64,000 nt of DNA from Alphaproteobacteria bacterium (GTDB taxonomy: Bacteria; Pseudomonadota; Alphaproteobacteria; SP197). The notes beneath the pieces are model-generated. The model saw nothing but the letters and a program-made list of their open reading frames with translations. It had not been told where the DNA came from and ran no database searches. The position numbers were made by a program, and so were the translations under genes. The stretch is from positions 3,296,001 through 3,360,000 of the forward strand of contig OZ219747.1 of NCBI GenBank assembly GCA_964291265.2, given 5' to 3'. Of this stretch, positions 27,871 through 36,887 are shown in pieces. Every line of letters starts with the position of its first letter. Position 1 is the stretch's first letter.

Positions 27871-30800
27871 CTACCAGTTGAGGGCGCCGCGCAGCATGAG
27901 GCTGTCTTCGCTGACCGGCCCCGGCCGGTGCGCGCCCTCGAGGCCGAGGGAGAGTCCCGCGCCGAGGCGGTAGCGGGCGCCGAGCCGCAGGGTGCGCCCG
28001 CCGGTCTCCGCCAGGCTCAAGCCCGCCCAGGGGGTGAGCACCGCGAGAGGCCCCGGACCGGCAAGGCCGAAGCCGTGGCCCACCTCCGCCTCCAGGCGGC
28101 CCTCTGCCGATGTCGTGTCGGAGACGGCCGCGGGCAGGCCGTGGTCGAACAGTTCTCCCAGATCGCTCTCGGTGCGCCCGTGCGCGGGACCGAAGGCGAG
28201 GAAGGTTCCAAGCCCGTCGGCCCCGGGGGCGAGGCGCACCAGGGCGCTCACACCCCACTCGTCACGGTCCGCCTCGTGGGCCGCCAGGAGCCGCGTGCGC
28301 AGCTCCGCCGTCAGACCCTCCGCCGGGTCCCGCCATGTCACGCTCGCCCCGGCCTCGAGGCCCGCCCCCTCGGCGGCGTCGCCCGCGTCATGGCGCACCC
28401 CCGCCTCCAGGGCCGGGGTCAGCGTCGCACCGCTTGCCAGCGCATGCTCGTGCGACCCCTCCAGCAGCAGCCGCAGGCGGGTCGTCCTCGCCGTCAGTCC
28501 CGCCAGGCCGTCATCGGCCTCCGTGCGCAGGCGCGCCAGCGCGCCCTCGCCCTTGACCGCAAGGCGCGTCATGCCGCCCTCGATGAGGTCCGCATGCTCG
28601 ATGAGGACGCTGCGGGCGCCCGCCGCCGCGCTCCACTGCGCCAGGTCCGTGCTGCGCACCGGCGCCCCCTCCTCGGCAATCCGCACCTCGCCGGTCCCGT
28701 AGCCGAGGCTCGCCCACAGGGTCGAGCCGTCCGCCAGCAACCACGCCGCATAGGGATGCACCGACGTGATCGTGGTCTCGTGGACGCCCTTCACCTGGTC
28801 CGTCTGCGTGTCCAGCTCGCCCCGCACATGGGAGAGCGCCGCCCCGGCCAGAAGGTCGGGGCGCAGGCGCACGTCCGCCCCCAGCTGCGCCGACCACAGG
28901 CCGCCGTCCCACGACACGCCGCCTTGCGAACCCGACAGCGACAGCCACGCGCCCCGGCCCCACACGGCCAGCGGCGGCGCGGAGGCCTCGCCCTCGGCGC
29001 CCGCCGCCAGGGTGAAGGAGGCGCCGTCCAGCACCTCGGCCATGCTCGGGCCGGGCTCCTCCGGGTGCGGCGACGCCCACGCGTCCTCCACCGGTGACGG
29101 CAGGGCGCCGAACTGCACCGTGCCGCCCCCCTCGCCGGAGGCCACCGCCTCGATGCGACCCGTCACCGCCCCCAGGGTCTGCGACATCGCCGCCGCCGCC
29201 ACGTGCGGCAGCACCGCCGCATTCACCCGGTTCGACCTTGCCATGGACCCCGCCGCCCGGTCGCGCAGAACGCCAAGCGCCGTGGCGTCGTTCCCCACCA
29301 CGTAGTCCGCCGCATCGTTCAGCGTGATGCGGTAGGCTTCCGCGCCTTCCGCATCCGCATCGGCCGCCGTCGGGATCGTCACCACGCCCGTTCGCCGCCC
29401 CGCGGCGCCGAACACCGCATCGAACGAACGCGGACCCAGGCCGCCTGGAACGTCCCCGGCATCGAAGCCGCCGCCGTCCCGGGACGCCAGGGTCAGGCTC
29501 ACCCTCAGGCTGCCCGTCAGCGCCCGGTCGGCGCTCACCACGAGGCGGATGGCCTCGCCCTCGGTCACCGCCGCCGGATCCTGCGCCAGGGTCAGCACCG
29601 GCAAGAGCGTTGTGTCCGTCACCGTCACCGCCACCGAATCGATGGTCACCGAAGCGTAGCCGCCGCCGCTCGCACCATGGGTCAGCGTCGCCGTGTCGTC
29701 GGTCGTGTCCTCGTCACGGGCCGCGCGCACCGTCACCCGTTGCGCCGTGTCCCAGTTGGCCGTGGTGAAGGTCAGGCTCGCCGGTTCCACCGTCACCTCG
29801 CCCGAGGCGCCGCCCACCGTCACCGTGACCTCGCCCGAGGGCTCGGTGTCCAGCACCACCGTGTAGGCCGCACTGCTCCCCTCCGCCACCGTCAGCGCGG
29901 TCGGCGTCACCGTCACGCTTGCGTCTGCGGTGGGCGTCGTGCCGCCTCCGCCACCGCCACCGCCGCCTCCGCCGGGCGCCACCGGCGCCGCCGGCGTCGC
30001 CGTCACCGGCGCATCCGGACCGGCGCCGTTGCCGGCCCCGTTCACCGCGCGCACCTCGAACTGGTAGGCAGTGCCGTTCGTCAGACCGCTCACCTCGTAG
30101 CTGGTGGTGCCCGCAGCGGAGCCGGGAATGTCCTCCCACGCGCCCCAGTCGTCGCTGCCGGCCTTCCGCCGCACCTGCCACTTGGTGATGGTCGGATTGT
30201 CCGGGGCGGTCCAGCTCAGCGTCACCGAACCGTTGCCCGCCGCGCCGGCAAGGCCTGTCGGTTTCCCGGGCGCCACATCCTTCTCCGCCACGCTCACCAC
30301 CACAGAGGCGATGGTCACCGAGGCGTAGCCGCCGCCAGACGCGCTGTGGGTCAGCGTTACGGCGGCGTCCGTCGTCGTGTCCGTGTCCGTGCCTGCGTTC
30401 ACCGTCACCGTCTGCGGCTGGTTCCAGTTGGCTCTGGTGAAGGTCAGCGACGCGCCCGTCACCGTCACGTCCCCCGACGCGCCCGCCACCGTGATCGTCA
30501 CATCCGATGTCGGCGGCGTGTTCAGCCGCATCGTGTACGTCCTGCTGCCGCCTTCCGCCACCGTCAGCGCCGCCGTCGACACTGTCACCCCCGGCGTATC
30601 GGCCACCGTCACGTCCACCGTGCCCGCATCGGGAATCGCATCCGCAGAAGCCCCCGTCAGCCGGAAGGCGTGGTTGATCACCGCCGTGCCGTTCGCCACA
30701 CCGGTCACCGTCACCGTCCGCGCCGTGCTGTAGTTGGTGGTGGTGAAGGTCAGGCTCGCCGGACTGACCCGCGCCGCCGCCGTGGCGTCGCTCGTCACCC

Positions 30801-33057
30801 GCAGCGTCCCCGCATAGGCCTTCGTCAGCGCCACCGTGTAGGTCGCCGTGGAACCGGGCGCCACCGTCACCGGCGTCCCGGTCAGCGTGAGCGCCGCCGT
30901 GGTGTCGTCCTTGAAGGTCACCGTACGGATGTTCGACCAGGGACCCTGAAGGTTACCCGTTCCCCCGGCGACCCCCGCCATGCGATAGCCCGTCGCCCGA
31001 ACCCGGACCTCGACCGATGCCCCGTCAGGATAGTTCAGCAGAAGCCGATTGTTGCGAGAGCCCGGATTCTGTCTGGCACTCGCCTGGTTGAGACTGTGAT
31101 CCGTCCAGGTGCTTGCCCCCTTCAGCCGGGTCTGCGCTCTCCACCAATGGAACTTGGCCGCGTCTTTCACATAGTCGTCCGCATCCGATAACTCGTTCGA
31201 GCCGCCGGCATGGGTCCAGGTCAGGTCGATCTGCCCGTTCGTCGTCGAAGTCGCCGCCGTCAGCACCGGGGCCGCCGGATCGGTCTTCGCCGTCACCTGA
31301 TCCGACCACACCGACTGCACACCGGGACTGACCGCCGCGAACAGGCGGAACGTGTAGTCCGTGCCCTTCGTCAGACCCGTCACCCGGACGCTCGTCCTGC
31401 TTGCGCCCGTGAGCGTCGTGGTCGTGTTCCAGCCGCCCGTGCTCTTGTACTGATAGCCCCAGCTCGTGATCGGAATGCCCGTCAAGGCGCTCCAGCTCAG
31501 GGTGACCGAGGCATCGCCCCCCGCCGCCGTCAGAACCGGCTTGGGAACCGTATTCGTCGGCGTCGCCTTCACCTGGTCCGACCACACCGACTGCACCCCG
31601 GGACTGACTGCCGCAAACAGCCGGAACGTGTATTCCGTGCCGATCGTCAGTCCCGTCACCGTGGTGCTCGTCGTGCTGGCGCCCGTGACCGTCCGGGTCC
31701 TGATCCAGCTGCCGCCCGCGGGCTTGTACTGATAGCCCCAGCTCGCTACCGTCACACCCGACAGCGCGCTCCAGCTCAGGGTGACCCTGGCGTAACCCGC
31801 TTCGGCGCTCAGCACCGGCTTGGGAACCGCCGCCGACGCCGACGGCGTCGCCTCCACCACCGCCGACGCGGCGCCGTTGCCGCCGCTGTTCCGCGCCCGG
31901 ATGCGGAAGCGGTACTCGCTGTCGTTGTCCAGACCCGTCACCGTGTGGGTCGTGGTGTCGGCGTCCGAATCGGGAATCGCGGTCCAACTGCCCCAGGCGG
32001 CGCTGCCCTTCCTCTGCTGCACCCGATACCGCGTGATCGAATCGTCGTCCGGATCGTTCCAGGTCAGCTCCACCTCACCGTTGCCCGCCTCCGCCGACAG
32101 GCCCGTCGGCGCCGCGGGGACGGCGACGGCTTCGTCGTCGTCGGTGATGGTCAGGGTGAGTCTGCCGGAGGTCCAACCGGTCACGTACCCAAGCAGCTTG
32201 ATGGTCTCGTTCGGCTCGTCCCGGGTGTCGCCGAGAATGCGCACTTTCATCGTGCCCTGGGTCTCGCCTTCGGCGATGGAGACCGTGACGCTGCCCGGAT
32301 AGCACCAGTCGGTATCCGCCGGGATCAGCGGCGCCGTGCAGGGATCGCGCCCCTTGTTGGAGCCTTTGGCCGTACCACTGGGGCTGTCAGAAGTAACGGT
32401 GATCGAAAAGCCCGCCGGCGCCGCCTCGCCGAGCGTGACGGTCACCGTCACGTCCGTCGAACCGGTGTCGCCCTCGGTGATCGAGGTCGATGTCGCCGAC
32501 AGGGTGATCGTCTTCGTGGAAGCGGCCGCCGTTGGCGTCGCCGTGGCCCCGTTCGAGTACCCTCCCCCACTAGCGAAGACGGAAAAGTTGAGACCGGTAC
32601 CTTCTGCCCTTGCCACCTGGAAGGTATAGGAGGTGCTGGCGGTCAACCCTGTGACCGTGTGGGCTCTGATGGTGGCGCCGCCCGGTATATCGATCCAGTC
32701 GCCGTAACCTCCTCCGGTGACCCCCTGTCGGTAGACCCAATATCCAAATCCAGTGTTGCCGGTACGAGTCCAGGAGAGTGTGACACTGCCGACACCCGCG
32801 GTTGCCGTGAGCGCCGGCTTCGCCTGCGCCTGTGCGTCCTGGGGCGCGAGGGCGGCACCCAGCATGATGAGGAAGAGGGCAGCGAGTCCCGCCTTCAGGC
32901 GGCGGGCGGTTCTCCCGAGGGCGCCCACCGGCTCAGCCCCGCGCCCGGACTCTTGAGGGGGGGGGGTACGAAGTTCTGGGGTTCGCGCGTGCGTGAGGCG
33001 CTCACGCCCGAAGTGCGACAGGTCATGCTCCCCGACATCGTAAGGCGTCCGCGTCAT
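27871..33057 (-). CDS. Autotransporter adhesin with fibronectin type III and Calx-beta/cadherin-like domains
   Basis: RBS GGGAGG before ATG 33057; extended signal ending AQAQA; several FN3 domains (VTLSW...YTFRL/FEVRAVN); LGDTRDEPNETI Calx-beta-like; C-terminal beta-barrel ending LMLRGALNW. Confidence 0.9.
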   Translation of the reverse strand: MTRTPYDVGEHDLSHFGRERLTHARTPELRTPPPQESGRGAEPVGALGRTARRLKAGLAALFLIMLGAALAPQDAQAQAKPALTATAGVGSVTLSWTRTGNTGFGYWVYRQGVTGGGYGDWIDIPGGATIRAHTVTGLTASTSYTFQVARAEGTGLNFSVFASGGGYSNGATATPTAAASTKTITLSATSTSITEGDTGSTDVTVTVTLGEAAPAGFSITVTSDSPSGTAKGSNKGRDPCTAPLIPADTDWCYPGSVTVSIAEGETQGTMKVRILGDTRDEPNETIKLLGYVTGWTSGRLTLTITDDDEAVAVPAAPTGLSAEAGNGEVELTWNDPDDDSITRYRVQQRKGSAAWGSWTAIPDSDADTTTHTVTGLDNDSEYRFRIRARNSGGNGAASAVVEATPSASAAVPKPVLSAEAGYARVTLSWSALSGVTVASWGYQYKPAGGSWIRTRTVTGASTTSTTVTGLTIGTEYTFRLFAAVSPGVQSVWSDQVKATPTNTVPKPVLTAAGGDASVTLSWSALTGIPITSWGYQYKSTGGWNTTTTLTGASRTSVRVTGLTKGTDYTFRLFAAVSPGVQSVWSDQVTAKTDPAAPVLTAATSTTNGQIDLTWTHAGGSNELSDADDYVKDAAKFHWWRAQTRLKGASTWTDHSLNQASARQNPGSRNNRLLLNYPDGASVEVRVRATGYRMAGVAGGTGNLQGPWSNIRTVTFKDDTTAALTLTGTPVTVAPGSTATYTVALTKAYAGTLRVTSDATAAARVSPASLTFTTTNYSTARTVTVTGVANGTAVINHAFRLTGASADAIPDAGTVDVTVADTPGVTVSTAALTVAEGGSRTYTMRLNTPPTSDVTITVAGASGDVTVTGASLTFTRANWNQPQTVTVNAGTDTDTTTDAAVTLTHSASGGGYASVTIASVVVSVAEKDVAPGKPTGLAGAAGNGSVTLSWTAPDNPTITKWQVRRKAGSDDWGAWEDIPGSAAGTTSYEVSGLTNGTAYQFEVRAVNGAGNGAGPDAPVTATPAAPVAPGGGGGGGGGGGTTPTADASVTVTPTALTVAEGSSAAYTVVLDTEPSGEVTVTVGGASGEVTVEPASLTFTTANWDTAQRVTVRAARDEDTTDDTATLTHGASGGGYASVTIDSVAVTVTDTTLLPVLTLAQDPAAVTEGEAIRLVVSADRALTGSLRVSLTLASRDGGGFDAGDVPGGLGPRSFDAVFGAAGRRTGVVTIPTAADADAEGAEAYRITLNDAADYVVGNDATALGVLRDRAAGSMARSNRVNAAVLPHVAAAAMSQTLGAVTGRIEAVASGEGGGTVQFGALPSPVEDAWASPHPEEPGPSMAEVLDGASFTLAAGAEGEASAPPLAVWGRGAWLSLSGSQGGVSWDGGLWSAQLGADVRLRPDLLAGAALSHVRGELDTQTDQVKGVHETTITSVHPYAAWLLADGSTLWASLGYGTGEVRIAEEGAPVRSTDLAQWSAAAGARSVLIEHADLIEGGMTRLAVKGEGALARLRTEADDGLAGLTARTTRLRLLLEGSHEHALASGATLTPALEAGVRHDAGDAAEGAGLEAGASVTWRDPAEGLTAELRTRLLAAHEADRDEWGVSALVRLAPGADGLGTFLAFGPAHGRTESDLGELFDHGLPAAVSDTTSAEGRLEAEVGHGFGLAGPGPLAVLTPWAGLSLAETGGRTLRLGARYRLGAGLSLGLEGAHRPGPVSEDSLMLRGALNW
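31285..31830 (-). repeat. Tandemly duplicated FN3 domains (~270-bp units)
   Basis: VPKPVL..VTLSWSAL.G....SWGYQYK...YTFRLFAAVSPGVQSVWSDQV occurs twice with high DNA identity. Confidence 0.85.
32957..32966 (-). repeat. C10 homopolymer (coding strand) in autotransporter 5' region
   Basis: G10 on + strand, encoding RTPPPQ upstream of the signal peptide H-region. Confidence 0.88.
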
Positions 33058-33290
33058 GACCTTGCCCTCCCGTCCGTCGCGAAATCCGGGCCGCCGCGCC
33101 GGCAACCGACCCGTGGTCATCAGTAACCCATGCCGCAGGCCGGTTTCAAGACGTGTCGCGCCCGAGAGCACCGGGGACCGGATGATCGAGGATGGCCGGG
33201 TCCGTGTCGACGCCGGGCCAATCAGCACAGCGCATCGATCGTCCCGTCATCTCCGGCCGGCCGGTCAGCACATCGTCAAGCAGGCACTCG

Positions 33291-33400
33291 GCAAGCATTC
33301 GGTCAAGGGGCGACGAAGATGGACATGACAGTGCCATACTGCGCATTGTTCCGGTTTTGTCGCCTGCATTCGCTCAGGTCCATAGTGACCGAACGCTTGC
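33291..33400 (-). mobile_element. 110-bp MITE with IS66-type IRs, inverted relative to the 27751 copy
   Basis: GCAAGCATTCGGTCA ... TGACCGAACGCTTGC; ATTCGCTCAG is the reverse complement of the internal CTGAGCGAAT. Confidence 0.75.
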
Positions 33401-33415
33401 CCCTGCTGCCCGTCC

Positions 33416-34207
33416 CTATCCGATGATGACATCCGTGACGAACTTCACTCCGGGATAGGCCAGAGTCATCAGGAGATAGCCGGTCAGCACCAGGCGCGCC
33501 GCCTTGCGGCCCCGCGTTCCCCATAGCTGGCGCGCCGCAAGCAGCATGGCAATGACGGTGAAGGCGGCCACCGTGAAGACGATCTTGTGATTCATGCCGA
33601 TGACGGCATCCGCCGTCGCGGTGGCCGCAAGGCCTGTCGCGATTCCGGCGGCAAGGATGATCTCGCTTGTCACGAGCAGGCGGATCTCAAGTCGCTCGCA
33701 ATCGGCCAGGGATGGCAGCAACGGTGTCAGCCGACCCGGCCTGCGCCGCTTGAGAGCCCGTTCCTGAAGAATGACGGCGAACCCCGCAACCGCCGCCATG
33801 GTCAGGAACACATAGGTCGCGACCGACAGGACCACGTGAAGTCCGATCCACTCGGGGACGAACGCCATTCCCGAAGATCGCGCTGCCTCTGCCTGGCTCC
33901 AGACCAGAGCCAGAACCGCCATGACGAGGATCCAGGGACCGAGGATGGCTCCCAACCGCCAGAACTCCGAGACCAGGAGGGAAAGCACGAGAAACAGCAC
34001 CAGGCAGGTCGAGATCGTCAGCCAGATTGCGGGTCCGAACCCGGTGGACCAGGAGTTGCCGAACTGAGCGGCCGTCCATGCCGTGGCGGCAAGCGCCGCC
34101 AGACCGAAGGCCCCCCAGAAGCGCAGCCCCTTCTCGAATCGGCCCACGAACGGCAGAACTCCTGCCGGAACCAGCAGGACAGGGACCAGGTGAAGCCAGA
34201 AGATCAT
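33416..34207 (-). CDS. Cytochrome c assembly (CcsA/YpjD-like) membrane protein
   Basis: WIGLHVVLSVATY...QERALK...LPSL...HKIVF...WGTRGRKA...LAYPGVKFV. Confidence 0.88.
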   Translation of the reverse strand: MIFWLHLVPVLLVPAGVLPFVGRFEKGLRFWGAFGLAALAATAWTAAQFGNSWSTGFGPAIWLTISTCLVLFLVLSLLVSEFWRLGAILGPWILVMAVLALVWSQAEAARSSGMAFVPEWIGLHVVLSVATYVFLTMAAVAGFAVILQERALKRRRPGRLTPLLPSLADCERLEIRLLVTSEIILAAGIATGLAATATADAVIGMNHKIVFTVAAFTVIAMLLAARQLWGTRGRKAARLVLTGYLLMTLAYPGVKFVTDVIIG

Positions 34208-34314
34208 GGGAGCATCCTCGCCAATTCACCCGATCGCCGCAATCCCGCTCACGCCAGGAGGAACCAGTCGCACAGGCGCTTCTGTGAACGGTGTGAACGC
34301 GCTAGTCTGCCGGC

Positions 34315-35472
34315 ATGGGCAAGTCGTCGCATTCGATTGCTGCTGTCGTCGTGGCGGCCGGCCGGGGTGAGCGCGTGGGCGGGCCGGTTCCCAAGCAGTA
34401 TCGGCCCCTCGGCGGCCGCCCGCTCATCCACTGGTCGCTCAGCCGCCTTGCCGCGCACCCGGCCATTCATCCGCTTCTGGCCGTCATACATCCCAACTTC
34501 GAGGCGCTTCACGGGGAGGCTGTCGCCGGACTCGATCTTCTCCCCGCCGTCCATGGCGGCGCCACGCGCCAGGAGTCGGTTCTGAATGGTCTCGAGGCCC
34601 TGCGCGTTCACGCGCCGGACTATGTTCTCGTTCATGATGCGGCGCGGCCCTTTGTCAGCGAACGCCTTCTCGACGACATCGTGCGGTCTCTCAGGGAACG
34701 CGAGTGTGGCGTCATTCCGGTGACCGCCATCACCGATACAGTGAAGTACCGCTCCGGCGGCGAGGTGACGGGAACCGCCGACAGGGACCGGCTTGTCTGC
34801 GCGCAGACTCCCCAGGGATTTCCCTATGCCGGAATACTCGCGGCCCACGAACAGGCCGCAGGCCGCACGTTCACCGATGACGCCGCCGTTGCCGAAGCTG
34901 CCGGCATGACCGTCGTCGCCGTCGACGGCGACAGGCCCAACATCAAGGTCACGCACGAGGAGGATTTCGCGATGGCCTGCAACCGGACCGAGATCTCGAT
35001 CGGCACGGGCTATGACGCCCATGCGCTCGTGACCGGCGATCATGTCATGCTGTGCGGTGTGCGCATCGACCACGACCGCACCCTCGCAGGCAACACGGAT
35101 GGCGATGTCGGGCTCCACGCCCTTGTCGACGCCATGTTCGGAGCGCTTGGCTGCGGCGACCTCGGGCAGCATTTCCCTGTGGACGACGCCATATGGCGGG
35201 GGCGGCCCTCGGGGGATCTTGTCGATGTCGCACGGCGCCTGATGGCGGAACACTGCGCAACCCTGCTCCATGCCGACATCACCCTGATGTGCCAGAAACC
35301 GCGCCTCGCTCCCCACCAGGGGGCGATGCGCCACAGCGTGGCCGGACTTCTCGATGTCGGAGAGGCGCGGGTCAACATCAAGGTGACGTCGACGGACGGT
35401 CTCGGTTTCCTGGGCCGGTGCGAGGGCATCGCAGCCGCGGCTACCGTCACCGTTCGCCGTCCGTTGTCGTGA
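34315..35472 (+). CDS. ispDF: Bifunctional IspD/IspF
   Basis: AAGRGER, PKQY, VHDAARPF, QTPQGF, TDDA; IspF GYDAH...DGDVGLHA...GDLGQHFP. Confidence 0.95.
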   Translation: MGKSSHSIAAVVVAAGRGERVGGPVPKQYRPLGGRPLIHWSLSRLAAHPAIHPLLAVIHPNFEALHGEAVAGLDLLPAVHGGATRQESVLNGLEALRVHAPDYVLVHDAARPFVSERLLDDIVRSLRERECGVIPVTAITDTVKYRSGGEVTGTADRDRLVCAQTPQGFPYAGILAAHEQAAGRTFTDDAAVAEAAGMTVVAVDGDRPNIKVTHEEDFAMACNRTEISIGTGYDAHALVTGDHVMLCGVRIDHDRTLAGNTDGDVGLHALVDAMFGALGCGDLGQHFPVDDAIWRGRPSGDLVDVARRLMAEHCATLLHADITLMCQKPRLAPHQGAMRHSVAGLLDVGEARVNIKVTSTDGLGFLGRCEGIAAAATVTVRRPLS

Positions 35473-35473
35473 C

Positions 35474-35965
35474 ATGCGTCGCAATCCGGCCATGAAGGGA
35501 CTCGCGCCGTGGGTGGCGACCCTGGGAGGAATCGGGCTCCTTCGTCCGATGCCGGGAACCCTGGGCTCCCTTGCCGCCCTTCCGCCCGCCTTCCTTGTCA
35601 TGCAGTGTGCCGGACCGTGGGCTCTCCTCGCGGCATCCTTCGTCCTTCTCGTGGCGGGACTCGTGGCCGTCAGGCACGTTGCCGCCGCAATGGAGTCGGA
35701 CGCCGACCCGGACCACGGCGCCATCGTCATCGACGAGGCGTGCGGTCAGTTTCTTGCCCTCATGCCGGCCATGCTCTCCCCCGTTCTGTGGATTCTCTCC
35801 TTCCTTCTCTTCCGGCTCTTCGACATCTGGAAACCCGGACCCATTCGCATGATCGAGCGGCGCGTCGCGGGCGCCTGGGGCGTCATGCTCGACGACGTGG
35901 CTGCGGGAACTGCAGCGGCGGCATGTGTCTGGACAATCTCCCGGACAGGGTGGATCGATGTTTGA
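35474..35965 (+). CDS. pgpA: Phosphatidylglycerophosphatase A
   Basis: PGTLGS, IVIDEACG, FRLFDIWKPGPI, GVMLDDVAAG. Confidence 0.94.
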   Translation: MRRNPAMKGLAPWVATLGGIGLLRPMPGTLGSLAALPPAFLVMQCAGPWALLAASFVLLVAGLVAVRHVAAAMESDADPDHGAIVIDEACGQFLALMPAMLSPVLWILSFLLFRLFDIWKPGPIRMIERRVAGAWGVMLDDVAAGTAAAACVWTISRTGWIDV

Positions 35966-36452
35966 AGCGGCGGTCCTCGATGCCGCCGGGCGCGTCCTCG
36001 ACGCCTGCCGGCAACGCGGGATGATGGTCGTCACGGCAGAGTCCTGCACCGGAGGTCTGCTCGCCGGATCGCTGACGGCCGTTGTCGGATCCTCCGACGT
36101 CGTCGATTGCGGATACGTGACCTACTCCTGTTCTGCCAAGACCGCCCTTCTCGGGGTGCCTGCCACCCTCATCGAGGCACATGGCGCGGTCAGCGGAGAG
36201 ATCGCACGCGCCATGGTCGAAGGCATCCGCAACCGCCATCCGGGCCGCGCCGGGATCTCCATCACCGGGGTTGCCGGCCCGGGCAGCGATTCCCGGGCCA
36301 AGCCCGCGGGTCTGGTCTTCATGGCGGCGTCGGCAGGCGGCGAAATCCTGATCACGAAACACCGCTACGGCGACATCGGGCGTCACGCCGTCAGAATGGC
36401 CTCGGTACGCGATGCCCTGATGCTCATGACACGCTGTCTTCGTTCCCGATGA
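35958..36452 (+). CDS. cinA: CinA/PncC-family NMN deamidase
   Basis: TAESCTGGL, GAVS, SITGVAGPG, KPAGLV. Confidence 0.92.
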   Translation: MFEAAVLDAAGRVLDACRQRGMMVVTAESCTGGLLAGSLTAVVGSSDVVDCGYVTYSCSAKTALLGVPATLIEAHGAVSGEIARAMVEGIRNRHPGRAGISITGVAGPGSDSRAKPAGLVFMAASAGGEILITKHRYGDIGRHAVRMASVRDALMLMTRCLRSR

Positions 36453-36885
36453 CCGGCCCGTAGAGGTCGCGGGCCCTGTTTTCGAAGGAATGCACGAGGC
36501 GCCGGGAGGCTTCCAGGTAGAGGGTGCCGATGGTCCGTTGCAGGAGACGCGAGTCGAACTCGAACTCGATCGCGAAGTCGACGAGACACCCTCCGCCGTC
36601 CCGGGGAACGAAACGCCAGCTCCCCTCCATCTTGCGGAACGGGCCCGAGGCGCAAGCCGTATGGATTTCGCGGCCGGGCACCAGGGTCACCCTGGACGTA
36701 TAGCACTCCCGGATGAGGCGAAAGCCGACGACGAGATCGGCCCAGAAGACATTGCCATGGCGCCTTGTCACGCGCGCCGCCACACACCAGGGGAGGAACT
36801 CGGGGTAGCGACCGACATCGGCCACCAGACTGTAGAGTTGTTCAGCCGTCCACGGCAGCAGTTTCCGTTGGCGATGCCGGGCCAC
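36424..36885 (-). CDS. ratA: RatA/PasT/Coq10 START-domain protein
   Basis: LYSLVADVGRYPEFLPWC...GPFRKMEGSWRF...FENRARDLYG; GTG start after lipA. Confidence 0.92.
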   Translation of the reverse strand: MARHRQRKLLPWTAEQLYSLVADVGRYPEFLPWCVAARVTRRHGNVFWADLVVGFRLIRECYTSRVTLVPGREIHTACASGPFRKMEGSWRFVPRDGGGCLVDFAIEFEFDSRLLQRTIGTLYLEASRRLVHSFENRARDLYGPVIGNEDSVS

Positions 36886-36887
36886 GC

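Larger units (their letters stand above)
27751..33400. mobile_element. Composite non-autonomous transposon: two inverted IS66-type MITEs bracketing an autotransporter
   Basis: Outer ends GTAAGCGTTCGGTCAC and GTGACCGAACGCTTGC; flanks CCCTGCTA (27743-27750) and CCCTGCTG (33401-33408), 7/8 identical. Confidence 0.75.

Noticed and set aside
27928-33126. Long + strand ORFs (389, 662, 638 aa), Arg/His-rich
   Set aside because: Antisense shadows of the autotransporter.
36424-36885. RatA as an active toxin-antitoxin module
   Set aside because: No ratB partner; it is the conserved Coq10-like housekeeping gene next to lipA.
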